Notes: generated by a model not told the origin, from the sequence alone. A stretch of DNA of 54,332 nt from a virus (IMGVR_UViG_3300033153_003825:1-54332), one strand, 5' to 3'; positions 43,484 to 52,567 are shown, numbered from the stretch's first letter. Translations and numbers: made by a program.

Positions 43484-44804
43484 TCAGGCCGAGCGAGCCG
43501 AGTTTGCGGTTTTAGGTGCGATGCTGCTGGGCGACGAACCCGTAACCGAGGCTATCGAACTCCTCAAGCCGTCCGACTTCGCTTGGCGGCAGAACAGGGT
43601 CATGTTTGAGGCGATGCTGGGCCTTTTCGAGAGGTCTACCCCCGTCGATGGTGTGACCCTCCTGGCTGAACTCCAAGCTAGGGGCAAGATGGAAGAGGCA
43701 GGCGGGGCTGGCTACGTGGGCGATCTGATCGGTGGAGTGCCCACCGGAGACAATGTCAGCCATCACTGCGTACTCGTGAAAGAGGCCGCAGCCAGGCGTT
43801 TGCTGGGTAACGTATGCCACACGACAATCCGTGACCTGGAAGAAGATGGCGGCGGGTCGGTTGACGAGATCCTGGAGCGGACAGAAAAGAAAATCTTTGA
43901 GATCGCCCACAACGTCACACCGGGCAAGCCCGAACTATTGACTTCACTTCTTCCGGCCCTGGTTGATCGGATAGAGGCGCGTAGGGCGTCGGGCAAGGAA
44001 ATCTTTGGGATAGGGTCGGGGTTCAAGCTCCTAGACCACATGATGGGCGGCTTCCACAGGGGCGAACTCACCATACTTGCGGCCCGCCCCTCCATGGGAA
44101 AGACCGCACTCGCCACCAACATCTTAGACTTTATAGGCACCACGTTGGAAGTGCCCGTCCTGTTCTTCTCGTTGGAGATGAGTCGAGAGGATATCGGACA
44201 TCGAATCTTGTCCCTGAGAACCGGGATTCCCATGAATGATCTTCGCTCACCGAAGTACATACGAAGCGATGATGCCATTCAAATCTCACGACAAGTGAGA
44301 ATCATGAGCGAGAGTCAGATTGTGATTGATGCCGAGCCTGGGTCTTCGGTCCTGGCGATGCGGGCCAAGGCTAGACGCGCCATGGTTCAATACGATTTCA
44401 AACTCCTGGTGGTTGACTATCTCCAGTTGATGCACGGTCAGCGACGGGCTGACAACAGGAACGAAGAGATCGGTTACATATCCAGGGGGTTGAAGTCACT
44501 GTCCCGAGAGCTTGATGTTCCAGTGTTAGCTCTTAGTCAGTTGAACCGTGGGCCAGAGCAGCGTCCAGACAAACGACCCATGTTGTCCGACCTTCGTGAA
44601 AGTGGATCCATCGAACAGGACGCCGACGTTGTGATGTTCCTTTATCGGCCAGAATACTATTATGGACCAGAGGACAGGGACGGGAAGGACCTCAAGGGCA
44701 AGACCGAGCTTCATGTGGCGAAGAATCGAAACGGCCCCACCGGGGTCATCCACATGACTTTCCGAAACGAAACCATGAAGTTCTACGAGATGCACAAGGA
44801 CTAA
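43467..44804 (+). CDS. dnaB: replicative DNA helicase
   Basis: AARPSMGKT, FSLEM, VDYLQLM, LSQLNR, DLRESGSIEQDAD, AKNRNGPTG; GTG start 43467 after GGAGGGG. Confidence 0.97.
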   Translation: MSEEFNQAERAEFAVLGAMLLGDEPVTEAIELLKPSDFAWRQNRVMFEAMLGLFERSTPVDGVTLLAELQARGKMEEAGGAGYVGDLIGGVPTGDNVSHHCVLVKEAAARRLLGNVCHTTIRDLEEDGGGSVDEILERTEKKIFEIAHNVTPGKPELLTSLLPALVDRIEARRASGKEIFGIGSGFKLLDHMMGGFHRGELTILAARPSMGKTALATNILDFIGTTLEVPVLFFSLEMSREDIGHRILSLRTGIPMNDLRSPKYIRSDDAIQISRQVRIMSESQIVIDAEPGSSVLAMRAKARRAMVQYDFKLLVVDYLQLMHGQRRADNRNEEIGYISRGLKSLSRELDVPVLALSQLNRGPEQRPDKRPMLSDLRESGSIEQDADVVMFLYRPEYYYGPEDRDGKDLKGKTELHVAKNRNGPTGVIHMTFRNETMKFYEMHKD

Positions 44805-44805
44805 C

Positions 44806-45093
44806 GTGAAACGCAAGGCATTCTTAGGGAGCCTCGCCGCGATTCCAATGGCGATCAAGGGGGTGATCGCGGGTTCTCCACAGCCCGTCGTTTTTTACGC
44901 CACCCCAGGTCCCGAGCAGAAACAAGAAACCTGGATGGTCCAGGTTGATGCCGGAGGTACGGTAACTACCAAAAAGTCCGGCGATTCTGGGTACCCACCT
45001 CCCGACCAGGGCTGCGTGATTGTTGGAATAATTACCATAGAAGCCACAGGAGTCGAACGTGGAATTCAAGGCTGCGGGCCTCGACTTAGGTAA
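44806..45093 (+). CDS. hypothetical protein with Tat-like leader
   Basis: MKRKAFLGSLAA resembles a degenerate RRxFL signal. Confidence 0.5.
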   Translation: MKRKAFLGSLAAIPMAIKGVIAGSPQPVVFYATPGPEQKQETWMVQVDAGGTVTTKKSGDSGYPPPDQGCVIVGIITIEATGVERGIQGCGPRLR

Positions 45094-45598
45094 GACTTGG
45101 GGGTGGGCGGTGATGAATCGGGACACGGACTACCCCTTGATTCGCTGGGGCGAGGAGAGTGCCGGGAACGACGCCACCTCAAACGCAAGTTCTGGGATGA
45201 TCTATCACACCTACCGGACGTGGTTGCGTGAGTTCTTGGACAAAATACAGCCCGACCTCTTGGTGTATGAGTCTGTCCGCTTCACTCGGGGTGTGTCGTA
45301 CATCGAGGGGCAGAAGGGCATCCTTTTGGCCGAGCTAGAGGGCCGAGGAATTCCATACTATGGTCTGCCGATCGGTACGTTAAAGAAGTACGCCACCGGG
45401 CACGGCAAGGCGAAGAAGTACCACGTCATGTCCGTTGTAGCCTGGAGGTGGAACCGCAAGAGTGGTTTCGCGCAAGCCAGGCCGTGGGATCAACGGAAGA
45501 AGCTCACTGACAATATGGCCGACGCTCTTTGGTGCGCTCACCACGGATGGACGACCTGGCTTGGCTCTGAAGCGATGGCCCCAACGCCAGGGGGGTGA
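45059..45598 (+). CDS. RuvC-like Holliday junction resolvase
   Basis: GLDLG..WGWA, LVYE, LKKYATGHGKAKK, DNMADAL. Confidence 0.88.
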   Translation: MEFKAAGLDLGKTWGWAVMNRDTDYPLIRWGEESAGNDATSNASSGMIYHTYRTWLREFLDKIQPDLLVYESVRFTRGVSYIEGQKGILLAELEGRGIPYYGLPIGTLKKYATGHGKAKKYHVMSVVAWRWNRKSGFAQARPWDQRKKLTDNMADALWCAHHGWTTWLGSEAMAPTPGG

Positions 45599-45650
45599 CG
45601 CTAGGGCCAAGTCGGCCTCGGGGAAGGGGACAGCCGACCGCTAGTAAAAA

Positions 45651-46811
45651 CTAGGCCGACCTGATGTCCAAGTCAACGACTTCGTCCCGGTATAGAAGGC
45701 CCACCGCACGTTCCACCGCGTCCACTCTTTCGTCCTCCGCCCTCCGCCCCCTGCGACCGAAGTTGCTGTCGATTACGTGTCCTGGCGTCACGCCGAGTAT
45801 CATCGAAATCAGGAATGGATGAGCCCCGGCCTCCGCCATGTGAACGGCCCCAGCCTTACGCAACATGGACGGATCATACTCCACGTCATTGAAGATCCAT
45901 GCGAGCATCTTCCGTGACATAACCCCACCGGGTATTCCCCCTTCGTAGAAGCCGAGACGCACGGCCTCCACTACCCCTGTCGGCAATGGAACGGTGCGCT
46001 CAGTCCCCCTCGACATCCTGTGCTTGTACTTCTTCCCGGAGATTTTTACGTGGCCGACGCCGACACCCCACTTGGCAATCGGATGAGTCTCCTGCCAGGA
46101 TCGGACGAACCAGCTATCGTCCACGGCGGCGTAGATTTCATGACTATTCGCCTCGGAATGGCCCACGATCTCCATAGCTTGTTCCAGGGTAGCCCCGGTA
46201 TTCAGGAGCCAAGTGATGCACGTATGGCGTAGGTCGTGAGGTGTGGCCGTTTCTGACACCCCTGGAAGGTAGCGATCCATGATGTAACGGATCCCGTTGG
46301 CCGACAAAGCCTTTCCCCTGTCGGACTGGAGGAGTGGGCGGCTATCGTGGAGTGCGCCTACCTCAGCTTGCCCAAGGTGCCCACCCTCTCCAGCGACGAG
46401 GCGATTGATTCGGTCCTGGAGGGGCGTTGGGACATATACCTTGCGTTTCCTCCCACCCTTTCCGTGGATGAGTATAAACATCCGCCCATCACGTGAGTCT
46501 AAATCGACCAGGCGGATCCTCCGAAGCTCGACTTGGCGCAACCCACAGACCAGTCCCATCTCTACGGCAACTTGGTCCCGGAGGTTCCCGCCGTTCTCTA
46601 CGGAAGACAGCAGAGCTTTCGCTTGGCTGTACGTCAGCCCTCGACTGTCGATAGTACTTAGTAGCCTGGGAGGTTGTACTTGGACCGCATCCCACCTGAG
46701 CCTGTGGATCTCGCCAGCCCCCAAGCCAGCGTAACTCAGGTAGGACACGGCCCTGCGGGTAGGATTCGAGTCCCCTTCTATGGATTTTTTGATCTCATTT
46801 GGTCCCAACAT
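45651..46811 (-). CDS. tyrosine recombinase with nested double catalytic domain
   Basis: R92 (GLRQVE), K118 (GKGG), H192-x-x-R195, H218, Y227, ..THP; flanks form a second, degenerate domain. Confidence 0.9.
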   Translation of the reverse strand: MLGPNEIKKSIEGDSNPTRRAVSYLSYAGLGAGEIHRLRWDAVQVQPPRLLSTIDSRGLTYSQAKALLSSVENGGNLRDQVAVEMGLVCGLRQVELRRIRLVDLDSRDGRMFILIHGKGGRKRKVYVPTPLQDRINRLVAGEGGHLGQAEVGALHDSRPLLQSDRGKALSANGIRYIMDRYLPGVSETATPHDLRHTCITWLLNTGATLEQAMEIVGHSEANSHEIYAAVDDSWFVRSWQETHPIAKWGVGVGHVKISGKKYKHRMSRGTERTVPLPTGVVEAVRLGFYEGGIPGGVMSRKMLAWIFNDVEYDPSMLRKAGAVHMAEAGAHPFLISMILGVTPGHVIDSNFGRRGRRAEDERVDAVERAVGLLYRDEVVDLDIRSA

Positions 46812-46844
46812 TTTTCGCTCCCCTTGCGAAGGCTTGTTAGGAGA

Positions 46845-47066
46845 CTAACAGTCGGAGGAGTCTGTGTCAAGGCTTGCTTGGCTCAAGTTCCTCGCTACTT
46901 CCGTGGGAGAAAGATTGAGTGCCAATGCCAAGTCACTCGCTGGCCCTCGGCAAGTCTTGACATGGGCCTGGGCCTCATCCCCGGATAGCTGATACCAGGT
47001 CGCCAGCCACGCCATCCAGTTGGCTATTTGCTCATCGCTGAACATGTCGAAATCACGCTCTTTCAT
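46845..47066 (-). CDS. small HTH-like protein
   Basis: ASDLALALNLSPTEVARNL; immediately upstream of the recombinase. Confidence 0.5.
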   Translation of the reverse strand: MKERDFDMFSDEQIANWMAWLATWYQLSGDEAQAHVKTCRGPASDLALALNLSPTEVARNLSQASLDTDSSDC

Positions 47067-47418
47067 CTTCCCCTCCGGCCACCTCCTGCAAGGCGATCCC
47101 GGTGTTCGGGATCACCTGGACACACCGATCATCCCAAAGCTCCACCATGCCGAAGTCTTTCGTTGCCGTGACGGTAAGGGCGCATCCAACGTGCTCCTCA
47201 CACCAGTTCCAAATGACGGAGCGGATGTAATCAACATTCACGTCAGGCGGTTGCGGCCCCACCCTGGCGGTAAAGATCTTCACCTCTTTCCCGGAGGCGA
47301 CCCACGCCTTAACGCGCTCTAGCATGGCCGGTATCGGAGGGCCAATGTGATCTATGCCCCGCCAGCCATGGTACTCGGCCAAGGTTCCATCGAGGTCAAC
47401 TCCGATCCACGGCTTCAT
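47053..47418 (-). CDS. HAD-superfamily phosphatase-like phage protein
   Basis: WIGVDLDGTL (DxD motif I), IFTAR, K, LWDD. Confidence 0.85.
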   Translation of the reverse strand: MKPWIGVDLDGTLAEYHGWRGIDHIGPPIPAMLERVKAWVASGKEVKIFTARVGPQPPDVNVDYIRSVIWNWCEEHVGCALTVTATKDFGMVELWDDRCVQVIPNTGIALQEVAGGEDERA

Positions 47419-47593
47419 CGTCCTCCCCTTTCTCTTCTGGGCGGACGAAGCTCGCCGTCCCTTTCATCTTGAGGGCCTTGAGGCGTTGTTCGTAGTTGGG
47501 GACCAGGCGACGCTTGAGCTTTTTTTGCTGCTCCTCACTCTTTTGTCTTCGTTCCTGGAGCACCTTCATCTTTCTGCGTCTGCCTTTTGTCAT
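47396..47593 (-). CDS. small basic hypothetical protein
   Basis: ATGA-coupled to the sulfotransferase stop. Confidence 0.5.
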   Translation of the reverse strand: MTKGRRRKMKVLQERRQKSEEQQKKLKRRLVPNYEQRLKALKMKGTASFVRPEEKGEDDEAVDRS

Positions 47594-48231
47594 GGTAAGG
47601 CCCCTACGTTGTACCGGAAGCGATGAAGCTCCTCGGCGTGATGTTTCTCAATCCAAGCAATCGCGCCTGGCGTGAAGTGGGACGCTTGGTCTTCTTTGGG
47701 CTTACCGGGCGTTGCGTTGCGATGCTCTAACGTCTCCGGCTCGCCCGTGGCCCCATCAATACACTCACCAATCAGGGGCAAATCGAAGGCGCGGAAGAGG
47801 CGATTGTACTCCTCTCGCAACCCTCGCTCGAAGCGCATCTGCCAGGTAGGTCCGGGCAACTGTTCCCAGGCGAACCTCCACATACGGCCCCGGTGTGGGT
47901 GATACTTGATGCCCCGGTACATGAACTCTTCCAGAAACTCTACCGTAACCGGACCCCTTCCAGCGTCAGGCTCGCCCCACTGCCACCAATGCGTCAGGAT
48001 CGCTGAGAAGGGGTTACGCACCATGTAGACGTACGTGAAGGTGCGTTCATCACCCTCCCACCACTTCCGGTACGGTTGGCCTTTGTGTGGCCCCAGGTCC
48101 CAGGGTCCGTCGTGATGTCCACCGAGGTTGTCGAATCCCCTCTTCTTTTTGTTCAACAGCCGCGCCAACGTAGTCGTGCCCACGCTTTGGTGATTTAGGA
48201 CGACTATCTTCTTCTCGAAGTGAACCTTCAT
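47590..48231 (-). CDS. sulfotransferase family 2-like protein
   Basis: VLNHQSVGTTTL (5'-PSB-like), MVRNPF (3'-PB), RFE..L, LEHRNAT, HFT...ELHRFRY. Confidence 0.75.
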   Translation of the reverse strand: MKVHFEKKIVVLNHQSVGTTTLARLLNKKKRGFDNLGGHHDGPWDLGPHKGQPYRKWWEGDERTFTYVYMVRNPFSAILTHWWQWGEPDAGRGPVTVEFLEEFMYRGIKYHPHRGRMWRFAWEQLPGPTWQMRFERGLREEYNRLFRAFDLPLIGECIDGATGEPETLEHRNATPGKPKEDQASHFTPGAIAWIEKHHAEELHRFRYNVGALP

Positions 48232-49061
48232 GGCTTTTCTTTTAGGGCCTCGGTGGCGATGGTCCGCATTATGCAGCCGTGCATTCCTTCTCTTGGGCCA
48301 CCATCAATCTCGACCCAACCCTCAGAGATGGCCTCCAGCGCGGTGCGGAGTTTGGTGGCCTTGTCTTCAGCATTAAAGGCACTCGTTAATTCTTTATTGG
48401 CTAATTCACGCAACTTTTCTGTAAACCCCCGCTCCCTTTTGTTCGCTTTCCTCAGCCTCTCGATCTCGGAGATGGCGTCAGTCATGTCCTTTCCAACTCG
48501 CACCACAAACGTCTGCCAGCGGATATGGTCTTTGGGAGACGGCTCCCATCCATCCTGTTCGGCATAAACATTGAGCGCAATTGTTCGCCTCAACCTCTCC
48601 ACCACGTCACGCTCGCTGACGGATGGCCCCGGAGTGTCGGGTCTGCACTCTAATGACTTGGCCGCTATTGCCCGAACAACGCTATCCATGACCAAAATCG
48701 CCGCTGCCGTAGAGCGTTTGGGGTCTGCTCGTCTCGTTCTAGCTGCATTGTCTACCTCAGTCCAGATAACACGTTCGGCAATCACATAATGGTCCAAGCC
48801 CGCTTCAATCTCGGCCCATTGAATCTTGGACCCATCAAACACATCACTATCTGTTTCACTCCGGGGCTCCGCTACGTCGGAAGAGCGTTGAACTCCTCCA
48901 TCTTCATCATCTCGCTTTCCGTGGATGGGGCAATTTTGATTTGGACCACACCCTAAGTCCCATCGGCACGTACACCGCTCGCTATCCTTCATAGCTCCAA
49001 CTCCGTAATGGCGGGTAAACAGTTGGGAACCATCGAGGGGAGGGGGCTGGCCCCCAACCAT
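48228..49061 (-). CDS. mosaic hypothetical protein (start possibly 48992)
   Basis: CTC...CPIHG, AISEIERLR and LRTALEAI...IATEAL modules typical of phage early genes. Confidence 0.6.
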   Translation of the reverse strand: MVGGQPPPLDGSQLFTRHYGVGAMKDSERCTCRWDLGCGPNQNCPIHGKRDDEDGGVQRSSDVAEPRSETDSDVFDGSKIQWAEIEAGLDHYVIAERVIWTEVDNAARTRRADPKRSTAAAILVMDSVVRAIAAKSLECRPDTPGPSVSERDVVERLRRTIALNVYAEQDGWEPSPKDHIRWQTFVVRVGKDMTDAISEIERLRKANKRERGFTEKLRELANKELTSAFNAEDKATKLRTALEAISEGWVEIDGGPREGMHGCIMRTIATEALKEKP

Positions 49062-49074
49062 TTCCCGGTGTGTA

Positions 49075-49212
49075 TTAGTTTACGCGGTCGTAAACGTCAC
49101 GGGTTCTCGTAAGGCTGTCCAAGGTATGAGCCAGTCTTTCCATGGTGTCCGGCTTGGCGTCTTTCATCGCTTCCAAGACCATACGGATCGTGCCATCAAT
49201 CAGTTCTTTCAT
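49075..49212 (-). CDS. small hypothetical protein (45 aa, not in ORF track)
   Basis: AAGGAG RBS; MKELIDGTIRMVLEAMKDAKPDTMERLAHTLDSL... Confidence 0.5.
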   Translation of the reverse strand: MKELIDGTIRMVLEAMKDAKPDTMERLAHTLDSLTRTRDVYDRVN

Positions 49213-49265
49213 TTCGGTTTACTCCTTAACGGTTATTCCCCTCGGTTGTGCTACTTAAGGGTCAC

Positions 49266-49457
49266 TCATAGCTCCAACTCCGTGATGGCGATTGCCAGGT
49301 CCCCTATCTCAAAACGGAAATGTTTCGTTTCCACCAACTCCCGCAGGGCGGCTTGGACAGATCGTTTGGCACTCTTCCTTTCTTCGTCATTGAACTCATC
49401 CCACTCGGCCCAGAAAGCAATCCTCGCCATCCTCTCCAGCATCTCTTCAGGTTTCAT
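49266..49457 (-). CDS. hypothetical protein
   Basis: GGGAG RBS, ATGA overlap. Confidence 0.6.
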   Translation of the reverse strand: MKPEEMLERMARIAFWAEWDEFNDEERKSAKRSVQAALRELVETKHFRFEIGDLAIAITELEL

Positions 49458-49813
49458 TGATCTTCTCCCAGGATCTCAGCTATGGCGGTTGCGATGAGTT
49501 CGTCAATCTGCACCCATGTTCTCTCGTATCTTTTGTCTGGGTTAGCTGGTGTAGAAAAGAAGCGGATTCTGTCTGGGACTTGTGGAAGGGCAGCTTCATT
49601 TTTGAGCAACCACTCAACCATCCACCCCTCCAGCGGACCTACGCCTTGGTTGTGGTGGGTGAGGATGGTGACTATTTCGCGTTTGGGGTCATAGTCTGGG
49701 AACATCATTTGACAGGCGGCATCCTCCCACTTACCCGCGAATACGCTTCCCCTGCTTGCATCACGATCTTCGGTAATCCGATACCCCCTCACCACTCTCT
49801 GCTCACTCATCAT
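49454..49813 (-). CDS. hypothetical protein
   Basis: AGGAG RBS before ATG ATG. Confidence 0.6.
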   Translation of the reverse strand: MMSEQRVVRGYRITEDRDASRGSVFAGKWEDAACQMMFPDYDPKREIVTILTHHNQGVGPLEGWMVEWLLKNEAALPQVPDRIRFFSTPANPDKRYERTWVQIDELIATAIAEILGEDQ

Positions 49814-50576
49814 CTGGCTCCTGTAGGATGGCGTCACGGTGATGCTGAATGAACCTGTGGCAACGACCTACTTTCGCCGCAGCGGCCAAATCATCGTCTT
49901 CCAGCGTGGCCACAATGGCTTCAATTAGGATCGCCTCACTGTCTCGCTCCCGGTGGGTGAACTGGTCGGGCTTTATCAGTTCAAGCTCATAGGCCATGGC
50001 CGTAGCGTGGCGCTCCTCGGCCCAACCGTCTGCCTCTGGATCGGTGCGGTAAAGAAGCTCTTGGAGTATCAGTCGAGCAATCTCCTCCATCCTGTCTCCG
50101 GGCTCCCGGTGGGTGGAGGTGTGTTTTTCCTCGAGCTGTTGGTCGTGTTCCGCCTCCATACGCTTGTAATAAGCGTCTACTCCCTCTCCGGGCTCCCGGT
50201 GGGGTGCGGCGTCAATAGCCTTGGCAACGGCCTTTAAGAGTCCGACTTCCGTCCAGTGTAGGTTGTTGTCCCCGGTTGCTATCCTTCGTAGACCATCGGC
50301 ATAGTGACCTTCCGTGGGCTCCCGCTGGGGTGCGGCGTGTAGGTAGAGGGGGCTGCTGTCCTTATAACTGGGAATCTCCCCACCCCAGAACCTTTTAAGG
50401 TGTTCTATCTGAGCAGCGGTAACCCATACCACCGGCTCCCCATCGCCCAGAAATGCGAGGAGTTCGGATGCTACCCAATACGCCTCACCTCGCATGATGC
50501 TGTTAGAGACGCAATCCTCGATGTTTTTCTTAAAGGCTTCTACTCTCGCCACCTTCTCCCTCATGTCACTTGCCAT
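49803..50576 (-). CDS. modular hypothetical protein with HREP-bounded segments
   Basis: start MASDMREK after GGAG; four (H/Q)RE(P/R) repeats. Confidence 0.65.
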   Translation of the reverse strand: MASDMREKVARVEAFKKNIEDCVSNSIMRGEAYWVASELLAFLGDGEPVVWVTAAQIEHLKRFWGGEIPSYKDSSPLYLHAAPQREPTEGHYADGLRRIATGDNNLHWTEVGLLKAVAKAIDAAPHREPGEGVDAYYKRMEAEHDQQLEEKHTSTHREPGDRMEEIARLILQELLYRTDPEADGWAEERHATAMAYELELIKPDQFTHRERDSEAILIEAIVATLEDDDLAAAAKVGRCHRFIQHHRDAILQEPDDE

Positions 50577-50784
50577 CAGTGTTTCTCTCCGCCCGTAGTC
50601 GTAGCAAATCCCACTTGGCCCTTTCCCTGGCACGAGCGCGATTGAATTGCCTGATGCCTCTGAGCCACTTCAAGGCCCTGCGATGATCCGCCCTGTCGAG
50701 TCTGTCGAGTGAGTCGTAATCCACGGCGTCTAGGCCACGTTCGATCGCCAAAAGAATACGCTTACTGGTGGATGGACGCCTCAT
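50566..50784 (-). CDS. hypothetical protein
   Basis: MRRPSTSKRILLAIERGL..., overlapping neighbours. Confidence 0.45.
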   Translation of the reverse strand: MRRPSTSKRILLAIERGLDAVDYDSLDRLDRADHRRALKWLRGIRQFNRARARERAKWDLLRLRAERNTDGK

Positions 50785-50792
50785 CCCGTTCA

Positions 50793-51053
50793 CTAAATCC
50801 ACTCCATCGGAGAATGACCCAAGAGCATCGGAATAATACGAATGGCGAAGTGAATCCAGAGCCAGGTGATGAACGTCATAAAGAGCCAGCCGTACCAATG
50901 CACCCGCTCAGACACGGCACAGTTGTTTTCAGTAAAGCTCCAGGCTGGGGTGGAGCCGACTCCGTACATTTCAGCGCCGTAGAAGATGCCGACCAAGACC
51001 ATCATGTAGAAGAGAAACCAATCAAGGTGCAACGGATAATGGTACTCACTCAT
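50793..51053 (-). CDS. small 2-TM membrane protein
   Basis: MSEYHYPLHLDWFLFY..., ATGA overlap with the sulfotransferase stop, GGAG RBS. Confidence 0.6.
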   Translation of the reverse strand: MSEYHYPLHLDWFLFYMMVLVGIFYGAEMYGVGSTPAWSFTENNCAVSERVHWYGWLFMTFITWLWIHFAIRIIPMLLGHSPMEWI

Positions 51054-51667
51054 TTCGATTCTCCGTGAAGGCGGTAGCCCAACTGCATCGCTTCGGCGCG
51101 GTAGGCTTCCTTGAGATAGTCGAGTCCTTCGGGCGTGAAGTGCTCTACCCATGGCCCAAGCGGCTTGTTTGTGGTGACGTGCTTGGGGTCTTTCCGTAGC
51201 TCCCACTCCTCAAGGCGTCCAAGGTCGTAGGCGATCAGGTAGCGATTCACGTCCTTAGTAAGCGACTCGAAGCGGAGGATACTGGCTCCTGGTATTTCCC
51301 AGACGAAACGCCACAAACGGCGTGAGCCAAGGAACAGGCGGGGGTACTGGCGCGGCCATTCCGCGAGGAACCTGGCGCAAACCTTATCCTGGTCCCACTC
51401 GGAGTTCACTTCCTTGAATGTGGACCACCAGGACAAGAGGGCGTCACCATGGTTCCGTACTACGAAGGCGTAGTCGCAATCCAGCGGGTTCGTATCCCAC
51501 CATACTCGCTCGATCGGCATGTCTAGTTGCTGGTGAAGGTTTCGAGGCCCTTCGTGACGGGCTCCGATTATCTTGAAGCCTCGCCGCATGAAGATCCTTT
51601 CGAGCCACCGGGACGCTGCTTTTGCGTGGAGGCCGAAGACCAACTCCCTCTCTTTATTAAAGAGCAT
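51050..51667 (-). CDS. sulfotransferase family 2-like protein (second paralog)
   Basis: VFGLHAKAASRWL, FVVRNH.D.LLSW, ILRFESL, HFTPE...YRAEAMQLGY. Confidence 0.75.
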   Translation of the reverse strand: MLFNKERELVFGLHAKAASRWLERIFMRRGFKIIGARHEGPRNLHQQLDMPIERVWWDTNPLDCDYAFVVRNHGDALLSWWSTFKEVNSEWDQDKVCARFLAEWPRQYPRLFLGSRRLWRFVWEIPGASILRFESLTKDVNRYLIAYDLGRLEEWELRKDPKHVTTNKPLGPWVEHFTPEGLDYLKEAYRAEAMQLGYRLHGESK

Positions 51668-51938
51668 CGGGCTCGCCCTCCCACCGCTTCCCGGCGGGCG
51701 TCGGCCTTGGTGGAGACAGAAACACCCTCATGCCTCGGCGTGGAACGTGGCCCATAATCCATTCGATGTGTGGGTAATCGCCATCCCCTACGACAATCCC
51801 GGCGGCTGGCATTTCCTCGGTCCACCGAACCACCTTGATCGCTTCCGCGAGAGTATTTTGACTTTCTTTGATAGCCGATGGATCGAGGTGTCGAAGGTTC
51901 TTCATCAGAACCGATAACCGAAGTGCTAGTCCTTTCAT
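51657..51938 (-). CDS. hypothetical protein
   Basis: GAGGAAG RBS, ATGA overlap. Confidence 0.55.
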   Translation of the reverse strand: MKGLALRLSVLMKNLRHLDPSAIKESQNTLAEAIKVVRWTEEMPAAGIVVGDGDYPHIEWIMGHVPRRGMRVFLSPPRPTPAGKRWEGEPDAL

Positions 51939-52264
51939 TCTTCCTCCGTGGTGGGCGGTCTGGACGTGGCCGTGCCCTTAACCTTTGGCGTAACGAGCTT
52001 GAGGACGTTGAGGCCGTCCATACTCATCTCGTGCCTGAAGCCAAGGCCGTTGCAGTTCTCGCATCGGACAAATAGCCTGGCGGTTTCGTCACCCTCCGCC
52101 ATTACAATGACGCCGCCGTCCGCAAGGTGTTCCACGGTGAGTGCGGGAGCGTCTTGTGCGTTCGGGTCAAAGTCGAACGGCTCGTGACCCTCGGCCAAGG
52201 TCCGCCCAGCGCCTTCGCACCGGACGCACCGAACAGCGTTCAGTTTCACATCAAACTTCGGCAT
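51935..52264 (-). CDS. Zn-finger protein (DnaJ-type CxxCxGxG x2)
   Basis: CVRCEGAG...CENCNGLG. Confidence 0.7.
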   Translation of the reverse strand: MPKFDVKLNAVRCVRCEGAGRTLAEGHEPFDFDPNAQDAPALTVEHLADGGVIVMAEGDETARLFVRCENCNGLGFRHEMSMDGLNVLKLVTPKVKGTATSRPPTTEEE

Positions 52265-52274
52265 GGGTCCCCCC

Positions 52275-52556
52275 TTAAAGTGGTAGGTCCAACTGTCTCC
52301 ATCGTTCTCGCCATCCCCGGCGACGAGTATCCTTTACTAGGTCTGCTACGGGAACCCAGCGAATGATGAATACATGGTCCGTAACGGGGCCATAGCTGTC
52401 CATGTGGTGGTTTTTGATCCAGTCGTTCAGGGCTTTAGCGTCGCCGCTTTTGCAGAGTGCTACGGCTTTTTCACCGTTAAGGCGACCCATCGTGACGGCC
52501 CTGAACGGCGTTCTCTGCTCCCCGAGAAAAATCTTGTCCCCCTGCTGGACCGGCAT
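52275..52556 (-). CDS. hypothetical protein
   Basis: GGAGAGGAG RBS before MPVQQGDK; start approximate. Confidence 0.55.
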   Translation of the reverse strand: MPVQQGDKIFLGEQRTPFRAVTMGRLNGEKAVALCKSGDAKALNDWIKNHHMDSYGPVTDHVFIIRWVPVADLVKDTRRRGWRERWRQLDLPL

Positions 52557-52567
52557 TCTCCTCTCCC

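Noticed and set aside
5922-44278. Many long minus-strand ORFs antisense to structural and replication genes
   Set aside because: Shadow ORFs of GC-rich coding sequence with no recognisable motifs
49078-49095. GTTTACG-CGGT-CGTAAAC palindrome as an operator or terminator
   Set aside because: Single occurrence inside a small ORF, with no U-tract or second copy seen
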